A DNA stretch of 64,000 nt, from positions 645-64,644 of the forward strand of contig SHWL01000007.1 of NCBI GenBank assembly GCA_009693865.1, given 5' to 3'. Below the pieces are notes generated by a model. That model did not search any database. It had not been told where the DNA came from and saw only the letters and a list, made by a program, of their open reading frames with translations. The position numbers and the translations under genes were made by a program. This stretch comes from Acetobacteraceae bacterium (lineage in GTDB: Bacteria; Pseudomonadota; Alphaproteobacteria; Acetobacterales; Acetobacteraceae). How positions within the stretch are numbered: the first letter of the stretch is position 1; every line of letters starts with the position of its first letter. Positions 1 through 10,655 of this stretch are shown here, piece after piece.

Positions 1-1
1 G

Positions 2-478
2 ATGACCTACATGAACGAAGATTTCGAAACCGCGCTGGACAACGTCGCGAAATCCGCCTGGCAATGCGAACGCGTCATCGCCAGCCGCAAAGGCACTCTG
101 CTGAGATATGAGGACCGCTTCTTCGATGAGCCCGCGACCTTGGACAGGTTCGCTGGCTGCTTCGCGCGCGCGCTCTCGAATGAAGACCGCGAGTCGCTGT
201 TTCAGTTGACTCGCCGCGACGCCATCGAACGCATGATCCGGTCGTTCGACCCCAAGGAAACCGTGGACGACGGGTTTCCCGGACACCGTGTCCATATACC
301 AACGCAATGGCACACGCATCATGCGAACCGGACCGGTGAGATCGGACGATGGCGCCAAAGCCTGGACCCGGCGCAAATTTCGGATGTGGAACGGTTCCTG
401 TGCCCGTGGATGGAACGTTTCGGCTATCTCCCGGGCCAGTTACCGGCGAGCAACGGCGTTCGGGTGCCGTCCGCCTGA
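2..478 (+). CDS. Probable sulfotransferase-like protein, C-terminal part (likely truncated by window edge)
   Basis: LLRYED motif and C-terminal G-E-I-G-R-W-R...FGY pattern typical of sulfotransferase domains. Confidence 0.55.
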   Translation: MTYMNEDFETALDNVAKSAWQCERVIASRKGTLLRYEDRFFDEPATLDRFAGCFARALSNEDRESLFQLTRRDAIERMIRSFDPKETVDDGFPGHRVHIPTQWHTHHANRTGEIGRWRQSLDPAQISDVERFLCPWMERFGYLPGQLPASNGVRVPSA

Positions 479-514
479 AAACACCACGCGGGCCTCCCGG
501 CCCACCACCAGAGG

Positions 515-823
515 TCACCCCTCCCGGGTCTTCATGCAGCTCGCCAACAACCTTGGATTGTGGGCCGCTTTCAGCTCCCTGTCCGCATGGGCCGAACAAG
601 CGGCCATGCTCTCAAACGACGGCCGACCCGCCCGCGGAACCTCCCGGCAGTCCTTCGCCACGCCAGCCACCGCGCATTCCGAGGGAAAATAGACATACAC
701 GACGCCCGGTCCTTCAAGATTCGGAGCCGGCCCGCCGCGGTGTGTCATCAACACGCTCGCAACCGCCACGGCCGCCCCTAACGAGAGGCACAACCGCAAT
801 GATATGATCCGCTTGATGCTCAT
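515..823 (-). CDS. Small exported/membrane-anchored hypothetical protein with 4 Cys in the mature part
   Basis: ATG at 823 preceded by GGAGGAG RBS; hydrophobic N-terminus MSIKRIISLRLCLSLGAAVAVASVL. Confidence 0.55.
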   Translation of the reverse strand: MSIKRIISLRLCLSLGAAVAVASVLMTHRGGPAPNLEGPGVVYVYFPSECAVAGVAKDCREVPRAGRPSFESMAACSAHADRELKAAHNPRLLASCMKTREG

Positions 824-843
824 GCTTCGCCTCCTCCAAATGT

Positions 844-1215
844 TCAATGATCGGCCACGGCCTTGGCCGGGCCTTTCGATACCAATAGCGCCAGCCGCGC
901 CCGCATGACCGACAGGGCTTCGTCCAATGAGCCGAAACCGCCCAGTTTGCGGTATTCGTCCCAGCGGAATTGATCCAGGTGAACGCGCCCGCCCGTCCGG
1001 TGCAGCACGAAAGCTGGCCCGAGCAGATCGTTGGCACCCTCCGGCAGCACCACGATCGTCGAGTCGTCCAAAGACGCTTGATTGAGTTCGGCCGACCAAC
1101 GCGGAGCGATCTCGGCCACCGCGACCCGAACCCGATTCAGGTCAACCCAGGTCAGGGCCGTGGCCTGCGCGCCACGGTCGTCGGAAAGCGGCCCGAAATG
1201 GGCGGAAAAGGACAT
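844..1215 (-). CDS. Hypothetical protein
   Basis: ATG at 1215 with AAGGAA RBS; protein-like composition; co-oriented with 515-823. Confidence 0.55.
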   Translation of the reverse strand: MSFSAHFGPLSDDRGAQATALTWVDLNRVRVAVAEIAPRWSAELNQASLDDSTIVVLPEGANDLLGPAFVLHRTGGRVHLDQFRWDEYRKLGGFGSLDEALSVMRARLALLVSKGPAKAVADH

Positions 1216-1332
1216 CGTCCGTTCCTTGAACAGGCCAACCATCGGGCCTAAGCTGAAATTGCCGTGTAACCACTATGGCATGATCCCGCGCCAGCAAACA
1301 GTCTTATTTGATGTAATTCGTCTAAGGATAGA

Positions 1333-2355
1333 TTAATTACGCGTCATCCGGGTGGCAACCGCTCGCCGTGCCACAACCAGCAGCGCGTTACGGCACAACG
1401 TCTGATCCGGCCAACCGGTCCGTTTGCAGCCTCGTTCCGCCTCCACGAATCCGTGAATCGCGGCGGACAAAGCCGCGCTCGACCACAGGCCCAACGCCCG
1501 GTTGAAGGCGGCGGCCTTGCGGTAAAAGATCGGCGGGCGGAGGGTTTTCGCCGCGTCGGCCGCACTCAAACCTGACTCGTCCATCAACATCCGGGCACGC
1601 TGCAACCGATGCAGGTGGAAGATCCCGGCTCGCAGCACCTGAACCGGCGCGGCGCCCTCGGCGATCGCCAGTTCCAAAGCCCGGTCGGTGGTCGCCACGT
1701 CGCCAACCGTCGCGGCGAACACCGCGTCATCCAGCGACAGCCCGGACAGATCGCCGGCACAAGCCATCGCCGCATCCAGATCGGCGCGGCCGCCCGGACG
1801 TACATACAGCGCCAGCTTCTCCAGTTCGGCCCGGGTCGCGGCCCGGTCGGCGCCCAGGTGACCGGCGAGCCAGACGAGCGCGTCGGGATCGACGGCGACC
1901 CCCGCCTGTTTCAAAGTGTCGCGAATCGTGACCTCCAGCGCGCGGCCTTCCTCGGGGTAACAACCGATCGCCGCACCATCCGTCGCGGCCTCCAGCTCCG
2001 TGCGAAGACGTGACCGGCTGGCGAGGCCCGCGCCCTCCAGCACGACCAGTCCGGGCGCGTTCGATTTCAACAGCGCGCGCACCGCGACGATCGCGGCATC
2101 GGTGGTTTCCCGCACGCGAACCACGCGACGCCCGCCGGTCATGGGCAAAGACGCCGCTTCGTCCGTCAGACGCCCGATCTCGTCGCGGGTCAGTTCCATG
2201 ACCAGGAATGGATCGTCCAGCGAACCGGCGACGGAGCGGATCAGCGCCTCCGCCCGATCCCGGATCATGCCCGCGTCGTCGCCAAACAACAGGACAGCCC
2301 GGCAGGGTCCGGGATCGCGCAGGAACGCCTCCACCTGCGCGGCCACCAGTTTCAT
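1333..2355 (-). CDS. holA: DNA polymerase III subunit delta
   Basis: AVLLFGDDAG, ELEKLALY, LRPPIFY motifs; leuS-lptE-holA synteny; start overlaps lptE stop. Confidence 0.92.
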   Translation of the reverse strand: MKLVAAQVEAFLRDPGPCRAVLLFGDDAGMIRDRAEALIRSVAGSLDDPFLVMELTRDEIGRLTDEAASLPMTGGRRVVRVRETTDAAIVAVRALLKSNAPGLVVLEGAGLASRSRLRTELEAATDGAAIGCYPEEGRALEVTIRDTLKQAGVAVDPDALVWLAGHLGADRAATRAELEKLALYVRPGGRADLDAAMACAGDLSGLSLDDAVFAATVGDVATTDRALELAIAEGAAPVQVLRAGIFHLHRLQRARMLMDESGLSAADAAKTLRPPIFYRKAAAFNRALGLWSSAALSAAIHGFVEAERGCKRTGWPDQTLCRNALLVVARRAVATRMTRN

Positions 2356-2885
2356 CCCGCGGCCGAGGGGTGCTGCTGGAACCAAACGGCGAGATGGAGG
2401 ACAACCTTCTCAGCCAACTGGTTCGCGATCCGCCGCTGCATGGCCTCATTGTCGAGGTCGATGGCGAAATACTGAGCGGCGAACAGATCGAAGCCATCGA
2501 CGATCCGCTCATCGCCCGAGGCCAGTTTGGTTTGTTTGCCGTCGCGCGCCCGCAGGTCCCAGTGCGCGCGGCCGGTCGCCCGGACACGGGTAACCTGCGA
2601 GAAATTCAGCTGCCCCACGGCCTCACCGGTGATCGTGTAACTGACCTGGAGATCGTAGCGGCGAGGCTGCCCCGGTTCGATTCTGAGACGCGCCATCAGG
2701 GCCTCACGCAAAAGCTGCCCGGGCCGCTCATATATTGGCTTGACCTCGATCGCCCCCAGTTCGGCGGCCGGTCCTGGTCCAGTTCCCGCCGGACCATGAA
2801 CAGGACGGAACCCGCAGCCGGACAACGCTCCGCCGAATCCCAGGAGCAAAGCGGCCCGGCGGGTGCGGGGAGGCGTATTTCTCAT
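2352..2885 (-). CDS. lptE: LPS assembly lipoprotein LptE
   Basis: Lipobox [11 protein letters not shown]; lies between leuS and holA. Confidence 0.85.
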   Translation of the reverse strand: MRNTPPRTRRAALLLGFGGALSGCGFRPVHGPAGTGPGPAAELGAIEVKPIYERPGQLLREALMARLRIEPGQPRRYDLQVSYTITGEAVGQLNFSQVTRVRATGRAHWDLRARDGKQTKLASGDERIVDGFDLFAAQYFAIDLDNEAMQRRIANQLAEKVVLHLAVWFQQHPSAAG

Positions 2886-5524
2886 CCGGCGGTCACGAAG
2901 TTGACGATCCGGTTGGGGACATGGACCCGTTTGACGATCCGCTTGCCTTCCAGGGCGCGGGCGACATGCGGCTCCGCCTCGGCGGCGGCGATGACCGAGG
3001 CCGCTGTGGCGTCCGGCGGCATCGCGATCGTGCCGCGGAGCTTGCCCATGATCTGGATCGCGATCGTGACGCTTTCGGCGATCAACAGGTCCGCCTCTGG
3101 CTCCGGCCACGGGAGGTCGGCGACCAGCACGGCGGCGCCCGGGTTCAACAGCGCCATCACCTCCTCCGCCAGGTGCGGCATCATCGGCGCGCTGAGGCGG
3201 GCAAGCATTTCCACGGCCTCGCGTCGCGCCCAGTCGAGGCCAGGTTCCGGTCCGGAGCGTTCGGCGTCGGTGATGGCGTTGGCGAGCTCGTACAGACGAG
3301 CAACCGCGACATTGAACGCGAAACTTTCCAGCGCCTCGGTCACCGCGGCGATGGCCTTATGGGCGGCGCGGCGCAGGGTCCGGCCATTGGGACCGAATTC
3401 GGCCGGTCGGGCGACCGTGGCCCCGATGCCCTCCGCCAAACGGAATACGCGCTGGGTGAAGCGGAACGCGCCGGCCGCGCCCGCTTCGGTCCACTCCATG
3501 TCCCTGTCTGGCGGGTTATCGGACAGAATGAACCACCGCGCGGTGTCGGCGCCGTAGCGGGCGATGATCTCACCGGGGTCGATGGTATTGCGCCTCGACT
3601 TACTCATTGCTTCGATGCGGCCGACGATGACGGGTTCGCCGGTCGTCTTTTGCACGACTGTGCCGTCGGGACGCTTGTCGACTTCCTCCGGATACAGCCA
3701 GACACCGTCGGCCGCGCGGTAGGATTCGTGGTTCACCATGCCCTGGGTAAACAGTCCGGCGAAGGGTTCGTCGATGCCGATATGGCCGGTGTCTTTCATC
3801 GCGCGCGTGAAAAACCGCGAGTAGAGCAAATGGAGAATCGCATGCTCGATGCCGCCGATGTACTGATCGACCGGCATCCAGTGATCGACCGCCGCCCGCA
3901 CCAGCGGCTCATCGGTGGCCGAGGCGCAGCAAAACCGCGCGAAATACCAGGCGCTATCGACGAACGTGTCACACGTATCGGTCTCTCTCCGGGCTGGCTC
4001 ATGGCATCGCGGGCAATCGACATGTTTCCAGGTCGGATGGTGGTCGAGCGGATTTCCGGGCCGGTCGAACGTCACGTCGTCCGGGAGGCGCACGGGCAAC
4101 TGGCCGGCGGGCACCGGAACGACGCCGCACGAGTCGCAGTGGATGACCGGAATCGGGCAGCCCCAATAGCGCTGACGAGAAACGCCCCAGTCGCGCAGGC
4201 GCCAGTTCGTCACGCCCTGGCCCATGCCCTTCGCCGCCAGAGCATCGATCGCCGCCCGTTTCGCGGCATCAACATCCAGACCGTTCAGAAAATCCGAATG
4301 ATAAGCCGTTCCTGGTCCAACGTAGGCTTCCTTGCCGATCGAAAACGTCGCCGGATCGGCGCCGGGCGGCAACACGACGGGGATAACGTCCAACCCATAC
4401 TTCCGCGAGAAATCCAAATCTCGCTGGTCGTGTCCTGGGCACCCGAATATCGCCCCGGTGCCGTATTCCATGAGCACGAAATTGGCGATCCATACCGGGT
4501 AGGTCGCGCCCTCGATGAACGGGTGTTTCACTCGCAGGCCGGTGTCGTAACCGTGCTTCTCGGCGGTCTCGATGACGGCTTCGCTGGTCCCCATGCTCCG
4601 GCATTCGGCGATGAATTTCGCCGCCGCGGGATCGCGGGCCGCCACAGCCGCGGCAACCGGATGTTCCGGCGCGATCGCCAGGAAGGACATGCCGTAAAGC
4701 GTGTCGGGACGGGTCGTGTAGACCTCGATCTTGTCGATACCGGCCCCTTTTGACTTTCCCGGCACCAGATCGAAATGCAGCCGCGCGCCCTCGCTACGGC
4801 CGATCCAGTTCGCCTGCATCAGCCGCACGCGCTCCGGCCACCGGTCCATCGAGCCAAGCACATCCAGCAATTCCGCCGCGTATTTGGTGATCGAGAAGAA
4901 CCACTGGCTAAGCTGCTTCTTCTCCACCGGCGCGCCCGAACGCCAGCCTTTGCCGTCGATCACCTGCTCATTGGCCAGCACGGTGCCATCGACCGGATCC
5001 CAGTTGACCCAGCTTTCCTTGCGTTCCACCAGGCCCGCGGCGAGGAAATCCAGGAACAGCTTCTGCTGATGCTGGTAATACTCGGGATCGCAGGTGGCGA
5101 ACTCGCGCGCCCAATCCAGAGACAGACCCATGCGCTGGAGTTCGGCCTTCATGGTGGCGATGTTCGCGTGCGTCCATTCGGCGGGATGAATGCCTCGTTC
5201 GCGCGCGGCATTCTCGGCGGGCAGGCCAAAGGCGTCCCACCCCATCGGGTGCATGACCGAAAATCCACGCGCCCGCTTATACCGCGCGACCACATCCCCA
5301 AGCGTGTAGTTGCGCACGTGACCCATGTGGATCTTGCCCGACGGGTAGGGAAACATCTCCAGCACGTAGTATTTCGGCTTGCCGTCGGTGGGGACGTCGG
5401 CGACCTGGAAGCAGGCGCGTTCCGACCAGGCGGCCTGCCACTTCGGCTCGGCGGCGCGGAAATCGTAGCGCGGTCCATCGGCCGCGCCCGGGACTTGTTC
5501 GACGGGGGCGCTGGTGTCGTTCAT
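2882..5524 (-). CDS. leuS: Leucine--tRNA ligase
   Basis: [13 protein letters not shown] (HIGH), [34 protein letters not shown] motifs. Confidence 0.98.
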   Translation of the reverse strand: MNDTSAPVEQVPGAADGPRYDFRAAEPKWQAAWSERACFQVADVPTDGKPKYYVLEMFPYPSGKIHMGHVRNYTLGDVVARYKRARGFSVMHPMGWDAFGLPAENAARERGIHPAEWTHANIATMKAELQRMGLSLDWAREFATCDPEYYQHQQKLFLDFLAAGLVERKESWVNWDPVDGTVLANEQVIDGKGWRSGAPVEKKQLSQWFFSITKYAAELLDVLGSMDRWPERVRLMQANWIGRSEGARLHFDLVPGKSKGAGIDKIEVYTTRPDTLYGMSFLAIAPEHPVAAAVAARDPAAAKFIAECRSMGTSEAVIETAEKHGYDTGLRVKHPFIEGATYPVWIANFVLMEYGTGAIFGCPGHDQRDLDFSRKYGLDVIPVVLPPGADPATFSIGKEAYVGPGTAYHSDFLNGLDVDAAKRAAIDALAAKGMGQGVTNWRLRDWGVSRQRYWGCPIPVIHCDSCGVVPVPAGQLPVRLPDDVTFDRPGNPLDHHPTWKHVDCPRCHEPARRETDTCDTFVDSAWYFARFCCASATDEPLVRAAVDHWMPVDQYIGGIEHAILHLLYSRFFTRAMKDTGHIGIDEPFAGLFTQGMVNHESYRAADGVWLYPEEVDKRPDGTVVQKTTGEPVIVGRIEAMSKSRRNTIDPGEIIARYGADTARWFILSDNPPDRDMEWTEAGAAGAFRFTQRVFRLAEGIGATVARPAEFGPNGRTLRRAAHKAIAAVTEALESFAFNVAVARLYELANAITDAERSGPEPGLDWARREAVEMLARLSAPMMPHLAEEVMALLNPGAAVLVADLPWPEPEADLLIAESVTIAIQIMGKLRGTIAMPPDATAASVIAAAEAEPHVARALEGKRIVKRVHVPNRIVNFVTAG

Positions 5525-5611
5525 GAGGGGATGTATCGGGCGGCCTGGCGCGGGTTGCAAGTCCGGCGTTGGCGCGCAGACTGAGGCTCGTCAATCATAA
5601 GGAGACGGCCC

Positions 5612-6409
5612 ATGGCCGACGACCCCGCCGACCTGGTTTTGTACGACGTCCATGACCGCGTGGCGACAATCACTTTCAACCGCCCCTCCCGCCTCAACGC
5701 GTTCAACGACGACCTGGGCCGCGCGGCCTTGGCGGCAATGCGCCGCTTCGACCAGGACCCTTCGGCGGATGTCGCCGTGCTGACCGGCGCCGGCCGGGCG
5801 TTTTCCTCGGGCGCCGATGTCCAGCAACGCCAGTTGCGCCCGAAGGAGGAAATGGAGAAGCACGGCGGCCCCCAGGCACGCGACGCGAGCTCCGAAGACC
5901 TGCTGTTCGATTGCGTCAACTGGAAGCCCGTCATTTGCGCACCGCACGGCTACGTTCTCGGGCTGGCCCTGGGCATTGCCCTGGAATGCGACCTGATCGT
6001 CGCGGAGGAGGGCACGAAATTCCAGGTCACCGAAGCGCCACGCGGTTTATCGGGTGCGAAATATTGGGCGCTGTTGAATTTTCGCGGCGGCGGGTCGTTC
6101 GCGGTCCGGACCAGCCTGACCGGTCAGTTCTTTACCGCTGAGGAAGCGATGCGCGTCAACATCATCGACGAAGTCACGCCAAAAGGCGAGTATTTGGCAA
6201 AGGCTCAGGAGATTGCGCGGACAATTTCGAAAAACCCGCCTCTGGGCGTGCGCCACACCGTGCAATTGCGGCGTTGGGAGTTGCGGCGTGTGCAGCAGGA
6301 CGCCGTGCGAATGGTGCGGGCGGCGAAATTGAATCTGACCGAGGATTTCCTCGAATCCGCCCGCGCCTTCGTGGAAAAGCGACCGGCCGGCCCATTCAAC
6401 GGACGCTGA
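5612..6409 (+). CDS. Enoyl-CoA hydratase/isomerase (crotonase) family protein
   Basis: ATITFNRPSRLNA, VLTGAGRAFSSGAD, KPVICA, FVEKR motifs; AAGGAG RBS. Confidence 0.9.
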   Translation: MADDPADLVLYDVHDRVATITFNRPSRLNAFNDDLGRAALAAMRRFDQDPSADVAVLTGAGRAFSSGADVQQRQLRPKEEMEKHGGPQARDASSEDLLFDCVNWKPVICAPHGYVLGLALGIALECDLIVAEEGTKFQVTEAPRGLSGAKYWALLNFRGGGSFAVRTSLTGQFFTAEEAMRVNIIDEVTPKGEYLAKAQEIARTISKNPPLGVRHTVQLRRWELRRVQQDAVRMVRAAKLNLTEDFLESARAFVEKRPAGPFNGR

Positions 6410-6412
6410 CCG

Positions 6413-7423
6413 ATGCGCAATTCATTGCTCGATGAAGATCGTCCCGGCACTGTTCGTTTGAGCGAAGCTCAGGCTCGGGCGGTGGCGCTGAAAGCTCTGG
6501 CGAAATGCGGGTACGATGAAGTGGGCGCGACGATCATTACCGATCAATTGGTCGATAACGCGCTATGCGGTTACCCCTTCGCGAGCCTCGCCCGCATTCT
6601 GACCATCGCGGAGGAAACGCGGAATCGTGAGGCACGCGCGGAACCTCATATCGTGCGTGAAACACCTTCCTCCGCGTTGGTCGATGGCGGCAACACGATC
6701 GGCTATATCGCGGCGTTTCGCGGTGCCGAGATCGCGGCGCGCAAGGCCAAGGAAACCGGGCTGAGCATTGTCGGTGTGTATAATAGTTTCTACAGCGGGC
6801 GGAACGCCTGGTACGTGGAAAACATCGTGCGCCACGATCTGGTCGCGATCCACACCTGTAGCGCCAGCCCACGTGTTCTGCCGCCAGGAAGCCGGGCGCC
6901 CTTACTGGGGACGAACCCAATCTCGATCGGCTTTCCGTCCACCAACGGTCCCATTGTCTGGGACATCGGCACCGCCTCCGTCATGTGGGGCGACGTCCAA
7001 TTGATGGCGCGACTGGGGCATGAGGTGCCGGAAGGCACGGGTTTCGATAAAGACGGCAATCCGACGCGCGACGCGGCCAAAGTGTTGCAAGGCGGTGTGA
7101 ATGCCTGGGGCGGGCATAAGGGTTACGGTCTGTCGTTTTGCATTCAGGCACTCGGCCTGATCGCGGGCGCGGCGTTGGGGCGCGGCGTGGTCAACGATTA
7201 TGGGTTTCTGTTCATCGCCATCGATCCGGGCCTGACGCAACCGGATAACGCGTTCCAGCACCAGATGACCGAGCTGATCGAGACGATCAAGGCGTTGCCG
7301 AAACAGGATGGCGTGGACGAAATCCGCATCCCCTCCGAACGCGCCTTCGCGGAACGGGCCGTCCGCCGGGTGGAGGGGATCGTCGTCGAGAAGAAAATCG
7401 TGGAGATGCTGGAAGCGTTGTGA
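6413..7423 (+). CDS. Ldh_2 family (malate/L-lactate/ureidoglycolate-type) oxidoreductase
   Basis: LVDGGN, LLGTNPISIGFP, GGHKGYGL, IRIPSE motifs. Confidence 0.88.
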   Translation: MRNSLLDEDRPGTVRLSEAQARAVALKALAKCGYDEVGATIITDQLVDNALCGYPFASLARILTIAEETRNREARAEPHIVRETPSSALVDGGNTIGYIAAFRGAEIAARKAKETGLSIVGVYNSFYSGRNAWYVENIVRHDLVAIHTCSASPRVLPPGSRAPLLGTNPISIGFPSTNGPIVWDIGTASVMWGDVQLMARLGHEVPEGTGFDKDGNPTRDAAKVLQGGVNAWGGHKGYGLSFCIQALGLIAGAALGRGVVNDYGFLFIAIDPGLTQPDNAFQHQMTELIETIKALPKQDGVDEIRIPSERAFAERAVRRVEGIVVEKKIVEMLEAL

Positions 7424-7475
7424 CGGACCGATGAGCGCCGTGCCCGGACGCGTCGCCGAAGCGGGAGGATTCCCC

Positions 7476-8114
7476 TTGTCCATCGTATTGTACGCTTACC
7501 AATATAGTGTATACGCGTGGATCGCGCGGATGGTTCTCCATGAGAAGTCCGTTGACCACGATTATGTCGAGGTAAATCCCTTCGCGCCCGATGTACCTGG
7601 TGAGTACCTGTAAATACATCCGTTTCAGCGTGTCCCCGCGCTCGTCCATGACGGATTTGCCATCTACGAGACGGGCGCGATCACGCGATACGTCGACGAG
7701 CAGTTTGGCGGGATCGTTTTGCAGCCGACCGGCGCCCGTCCACGCGCGCGCATGGCTCAGATCATTTCGATCATCGACGCCTATGGATACGTGCCAATGG
7801 TCCGTCAGGTATTTGCAAATCGGGTCTTCGGTCCGCGGATTGGCCGGCCAATCGACGAAGAGGCAATACGGTCAGGCATTCGAGCCTCCGAGCGCATCTT
7901 GAACGCCCTGGAAGCGCTGGTGGAGTCGGATGATTTCCCGATCGAGCACCAGTTATCGCTCGCGGATCTTCATCTGGCGCCGATGATGGCCTATTTCACG
8001 ATGGCACGCGAAGGGCGGGCACAACTCGAACAATGTCCAAAACTGTTGACCTGGTGGGAGTCGATTCTCGTACGACACAGCTTCACCGCGACACTCCCGA
8101 TCCTTCCGGAGTAG
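7476..8114 (+). pseudogene. Glutathione S-transferase interrupted by an in-frame TAA (7611-7613)
   Basis: TTG start after GGGAGG; SVYAWIARMVL...EYL*IHPFQRVPALVHDGFAIYETGAITRYVDE continues in the same frame to LSLADLHLAPM. Confidence 0.85.
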
Positions 8115-8359
8115 CGTCCTCGCCATCTGGCGCCAGCAATTCTCATTTTGGCTACAGACCTCTCCCCAATCGTCATCCTCCGGCGTGACCGGAGGATCCG
8201 AAGCGGCACCACGCCTCGCTTTCCGGCGCTATTATACGCGGATATGTACCGCTACCGATCCTCCGGTCACGCCGGAGGATGACGACAAGGCAAGCGTCGG
8301 CGCCAAAATGAGAATTGCTGACCTGGCGCGGCACTGTTAGGCGCCAGATGGCGAGGACG
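8115..8359. repeat. 20-bp perfect inverted repeat (pre-insertion hairpin) split by MITE A copy 1
   Basis: CGTCCTCGCCATCTGGCGCC (8115-8134) is the reverse complement of 8340-8359. Confidence 0.8.
8134..8320. mobile_element. MITE family A, copy 1 (187 bp)
   Basis: 19-bp TIR CAGCAATTCTCATTTTGGC; 9-bp flanking direct repeat ATCTGGCGC/ACCTGGCGC (8/9); homologous to 33514-33700 and 38178-38364. Confidence 0.9.
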
Positions 8360-8536
8360 ATCAAGTCATTAATTTTCCGGAATTTCCCTGACGTGTTGCA
8401 CGGCAAGCTCCGCCGTATCCGATCAAATTTCGAACCATCTGCCCCTAATCTGTGTGCATCTGCGTTCATCTATGGCAAAAATTCTTTCGTGCGCCCGATG
8501 CGCCTCCAGCAGAGGATGCACGCCAGACCTTTCTGA

Positions 8537-8584
8537 CTGATGGCAGGCCGGTCCACGGGAAATGAATAATCTGCCTGCCATCAG
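8537..8584. terminator. 12-bp inverted repeat at the 3' end of the MBL gene (terminator-like)
   Basis: CTGATGGCAGGC / GCCTGCCATCAG; no clear U-tract. Confidence 0.35.
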
Positions 8585-9456
8585 GCAGGTGTGAATCTGA
8601 ATCCGTCCCCCCAGCGGGTCATCAGTCCCTTGGAGGTCCCGGGAAAATGCCCGGTGCAAAGCAACGTCGACGTATCGCATAACCGCCCGAACAACGCCCG
8701 CCGCGAAACGCCGCCCTGTTCCCGATCGTAATCGGCCCGCATGCACAACTCCGGATATCGGGCCTGAAGCGGCGAGTGGATCATATCGCCGCCGATCACC
8801 ACGTCGGCGCCAGGTACTCCAGCATGAACCGAGTAATGATCGATGGTATGCCCAGGGGTGGGGATGAGTTTGATGGTGTCGGAAAGCTCGTGGTGACTGG
8901 TCACGACTTCTTGCAGGCCCGCCGCGACGATCGGCAGCACGCCGTCCACGATCCAGGGCTGCTTTCCCGGTTCATTACGCTCCTTCTCGGTCCAGAACGC
9001 CAGTTCCTTATCCGCGAAGACATATTTCGCTTTTGGGAACGTCGGCACCCATCGCCCGTTCTCCAGCCGTGTATTCCAGCCGACGTGATCGACGTGCATG
9101 TGGGTGCACATCACATAGTGGATATCGTTAACCGTCAGTCCGGTGGCGGCGAGGTTCCGTTCGTAACGATCCGACGTCGTTTGGTTCCAGAACGGATGAG
9201 TTGGCCGGTCCCGGTGATTGCCAACGCAGGTGTCGATCAGAATATTATGATGTTTCGTTCGCACCACGTACGACTGGATACACAGCACCAACAGACCGCT
9301 CGCGGGGTCGACGTAGGTTGGCCGCATCCAGGGCAGGTTCTCATCCAACGTCTCGCGCGTCAGGGTCGGGAAGAATGTCATCGGATCGAACAGTGGCGCT
9401 TCCGACTCGATGACGCGGTGGATGGTCAGATCGCCAACGGTGAACATGGTACTCAT
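8581..9456 (-). CDS. MBL-fold metallo-hydrolase
   Basis: LIDTCVG, THMHVDHVGWN, PTPGHT, GDMIH motifs. Confidence 0.9.
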   Translation of the reverse strand: MSTMFTVGDLTIHRVIESEAPLFDPMTFFPTLTRETLDENLPWMRPTYVDPASGLLVLCIQSYVVRTKHHNILIDTCVGNHRDRPTHPFWNQTTSDRYERNLAATGLTVNDIHYVMCTHMHVDHVGWNTRLENGRWVPTFPKAKYVFADKELAFWTEKERNEPGKQPWIVDGVLPIVAAGLQEVVTSHHELSDTIKLIPTPGHTIDHYSVHAGVPGADVVIGGDMIHSPLQARYPELCMRADYDREQGGVSRRALFGRLCDTSTLLCTGHFPGTSKGLMTRWGDGFRFTPA

Positions 9457-9981
9457 GACGGAGCGTTCCTCTGATTTGTGTCTCGTCCGAGACAGCCAGG
9501 GCACGATGTTGCCACGGGTTTGTCCGAAGGGGAAACCGCCGGGTTTTCCCGTTACCTCCGGCCCGTATCCTCGCCAAATCGCCGTCCCGCGATCAACCGC
9601 GCCCGTCGAATGTGACATCGCGTCGGGGAGGACAGATCGATGAAGCGCCACGCGATCCCGGAGACCGCGCGGTTTGCACCCGCCATCGGCCACCGCGCCG
9701 GTTGCCAATAATGAGTTGGAACCGCGGGGCCGTTTCGAGGACATCGTCCAGGACGCGAACGTTCAATTGGGAGTCGTTGCAAATTCAGTCGCAAAAATCC
9801 GCCTCTTACGACCGCCGGGCAGGCTGACCGTGAGCCGCTGGTTCGCCTCAAACCGCGTTACAAACGGCAAGATTCGGAAAAGGTGAACGCGATCGTATTC
9901 CTCACACGAGGCCGGACGTTAACGAATTCTCAATCGAACAATGGTGGACTGGCGCCGCCTCGCAGGAGTAAGATCGTGATC

Positions 9982-10332
9982 ATGAGCGCCATCCCGTTCG
10001 ACACACTGAAATTCGCGCGTCATCTGGAGGCATCGGGCCTGTCGGCCTCAGTCGCGGCGGGCGCGTCCGAAGCGCTGGCGGACGCGTTGACTGGCGCCGA
10101 TCTGGCGACCAAAGGCGATATCACCGACGTCAGAAGGGAAATTACCGACGCCAAAAGAGAAATTGCCGCTGAGTTCGCCGACACCCGGAGAGAGATCGCC
10201 GCGGTCAAGACCGAACTGAAGGGCGGTATCGAGTTGTTGCGGCGAGACATTACAATCAAGTTTGGCAGCATGCTGGTTATCGCCGTGGGTATCCTGTTGA
10301 CCGCGTTTCGGTACCTGCCGCCCCATCCGTAG
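9982..10332 (+). CDS. DUF1640/CCDC90-like coiled-coil protein with C-terminal TM helix
   Basis: FDTLKFARHLEASG, LATKGD, coiled coil, ITIKFGSMLVIAVG; AGGAG RBS. Confidence 0.75.
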   Translation: MSAIPFDTLKFARHLEASGLSASVAAGASEALADALTGADLATKGDITDVRREITDAKREIAAEFADTRREIAAVKTELKGGIELLRRDITIKFGSMLVIAVGILLTAFRYLPPHP

Positions 10333-10403
10333 GCGGTCCCAATCCGGTTCGCGCGCCACCCGGCCGACACGATCCTGTGGATCGCCCCTCGACCACCTCG
10401 TCG

Positions 10404-10655
10404 TCAAAAGACCGCCAAACATGCGAGGCCAAGGCCATCGAAGATGGCGAACCCGATGGTCTGGGCGCCAATGATCGCGGCCAGCGCCAAAGCGGCCCAG
10501 ACCACATCGCCGACGAAATGACCGGCGAGAAACAGGGCGCCCATGCGCGGGCCACGTCCAGCCCCGATCCCCAGAAAAGCCAGAAACGCGGGACCGGGCG
10601 CCAGGGTATAAGCCCCCCCGGCGAGAGCGGCGGCGAGCAGCAGCCCGAACGTCAC
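10404..10655 (-). pseudogene. LysE-family translocator, N-terminal fragment only
   Basis: GTG overlapping MBL stop; TLAPGPAF...GHFVGDVVWAALAL; ends after ~83 aa versus ~200 aa expected. Confidence 0.7.

Noticed and set aside
8173-8469. Similar short ORFs over the MITE copies (8173-8469, 33471-33782, 38055-38372)
   Set aside because: The similarity comes from the shared DNA repeat; frames and starts are inconsistent between copies
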